NCBI RefSeq assembly: GCF_008000775.2
Contig: NZ_CP042905.2
Span: 3,690,001 to 3,722,000 of the forward strand
DNA: 32,000 bases
Direction: 5' to 3'
Source of the DNA: Promethearchaeum syntrophicum
GTDB taxonomy: Archaea > Asgardarchaeota > Lokiarchaeia > Sigyniarchaeales > Promethearchaeaceae
Below are positions 30,926-32,000 of this stretch, piece by piece; the stretch's first letter is position 1, and each line of letters begins with the position of its first letter. The translations under genes were made by a program, and so were the position numbers. The notes under the pieces are model-generated. The model made no database searches and was not told where the DNA came from. It worked only from the letters and a program-made list of their open reading frames with translations.

Positions 30926-31957
30926 ATGTCAGAGAAAAAAATAATTCAATTAGGTCATGGTGGGGGAGGGATTTTACAAGGAGAATTAATTAAATTTATT
31001 ACGGAAAATATCCCTATTAAGAAAATTGGCAAGGGAATTGGAGTTGATGCTTATGATGATGGAGCTACTGTACCTTTAGATAATTACGATTATGAAATTG
31101 TAGTTACTGCCGATGGACATACAATACATCCATTATTTTTTCCGGGGGGAGATTTGGGAAAATTATCAGTTTGCGGAACAGTGAACGATTTAATTATGAT
31201 GGGAGCAAAACCACTTGCTTTAACATCAGTAGTTCTGATAGAGGAAGGTACCGCATTCGATTTTCTGGGAAAAATTATGGATTCCTTTAACAAAACCGCT
31301 GGAGAGGGTGAAATTGCAATATTAGCGGGAGATACAAAGGTAATGCCTCGCGGATCGTTGAAAGAAATTATTATTACTACTTCCGGGATTGGAATTAAAT
31401 CAAAAAAATGTCAAATATTAGATTCTAATTGCAAACCAGGAGCAAAAATCATTCTTACGGGATCTATTGGAGATCATGGAGCCGCCCTTATTGCCAGAAG
31501 AGAAGGAATTGACTTAGAAACAGAATTAAAATCAGATGTGGCAATGTTGACACCCCTTTATACAGTAATAAAAGACCAACCAGGGATATTAGCAATGAAG
31601 GATCCAACTCGTGGTGGCTTAGCCGCAGCATTAAATGAGTGGGCAGAGAAATCTAATATTAGTATTTGGGTGGAAGAGTCACAATTATTAATCAAACGAG
31701 AAGTTAAAGCAATTTCAGAAATATTAGGATTAGATCCTCTAGAAATAGCAAATGAAGGGAAAGCGATAATCTGCGTTGAATCAGAATATGCTTCTCAACT
31801 GTTAGAAAAAATCAAAAAAACATCAATAGGAAAAGAAGCCCGAATAATTGCCGAGGTTAAAGAATCAAATCCAAAGTTAGTTATAATGAAAACTCCATTA
31901 GGAAGTAAAAGAATTATTGAAAAACCTATGGGAGAATTAATTCCTCGTATTTGTTAA
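30926..31957 (+). CDS. hypE: Hydrogenase maturation factor HypE
   Basis: IIQLGHGGGGILQGELI, FPGGDLGKLSVCGTVNDLIMMGAKPLALTSVVLIEEG, ALIARREGI, DPTRGGLAAALNEWAE, C-terminal PRIC. Confidence 0.97.
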   Translation: MSEKKIIQLGHGGGGILQGELIKFITENIPIKKIGKGIGVDAYDDGATVPLDNYDYEIVVTADGHTIHPLFFPGGDLGKLSVCGTVNDLIMMGAKPLALTSVVLIEEGTAFDFLGKIMDSFNKTAGEGEIAILAGDTKVMPRGSLKEIIITTSGIGIKSKKCQILDSNCKPGAKIILTGSIGDHGAALIARREGIDLETELKSDVAMLTPLYTVIKDQPGILAMKDPTRGGLAAALNEWAEKSNISIWVEESQLLIKREVKAISEILGLDPLEIANEGKAIICVESEYASQLLEKIKKTSIGKEARIIAEVKESNPKLVIMKTPLGSKRIIEKPMGELIPRIC

Positions 31958-32000
31958 AATTCTCATGTAATTTTACTCTTTGTGATTGAAATGAAGCAAC

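Overview
AT-rich, gene-dense archaeal chromosomal segment. An Asgard/Promethearchaeota-like origin is my inference from gene style; no ribosomal marker is present to prove it. It carries about 30 protein genes and one tRNA gene. Main contents: S41 peptidase; TolB-like beta-propeller with a C-terminal zinc ribbon; ABC-2 exporter divergent from a tandem pair of paralogous HTH regulators; an integral-membrane acyltransferase / PaaK-type ligase neighbourhood; several GNATs; LVIVD-repeat protein; 4Fe-4S protein; MFS transporter; M29 aminopeptidase; Fur/PerR-like regulator divergent from a bacterial-type KatG; TrmO; SAM methyltransferase; and hypD, a hydrogenase maturation protease and hypE. Most notable non-coding signals: (1) a minus-strand tRNA-Pro(TGG) at 10792-10896 that only folds if a 31-nt intron is removed from the D-loop; (2) two matching 26-bp dyads centred 62 bp apart in the divergent ABC exporter/HTH promoter region. 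No CRISPR array, transposon, rRNA or clear defence system was found. No convincing wholly new multi-gene system is evident; several loci deserve follow-up.
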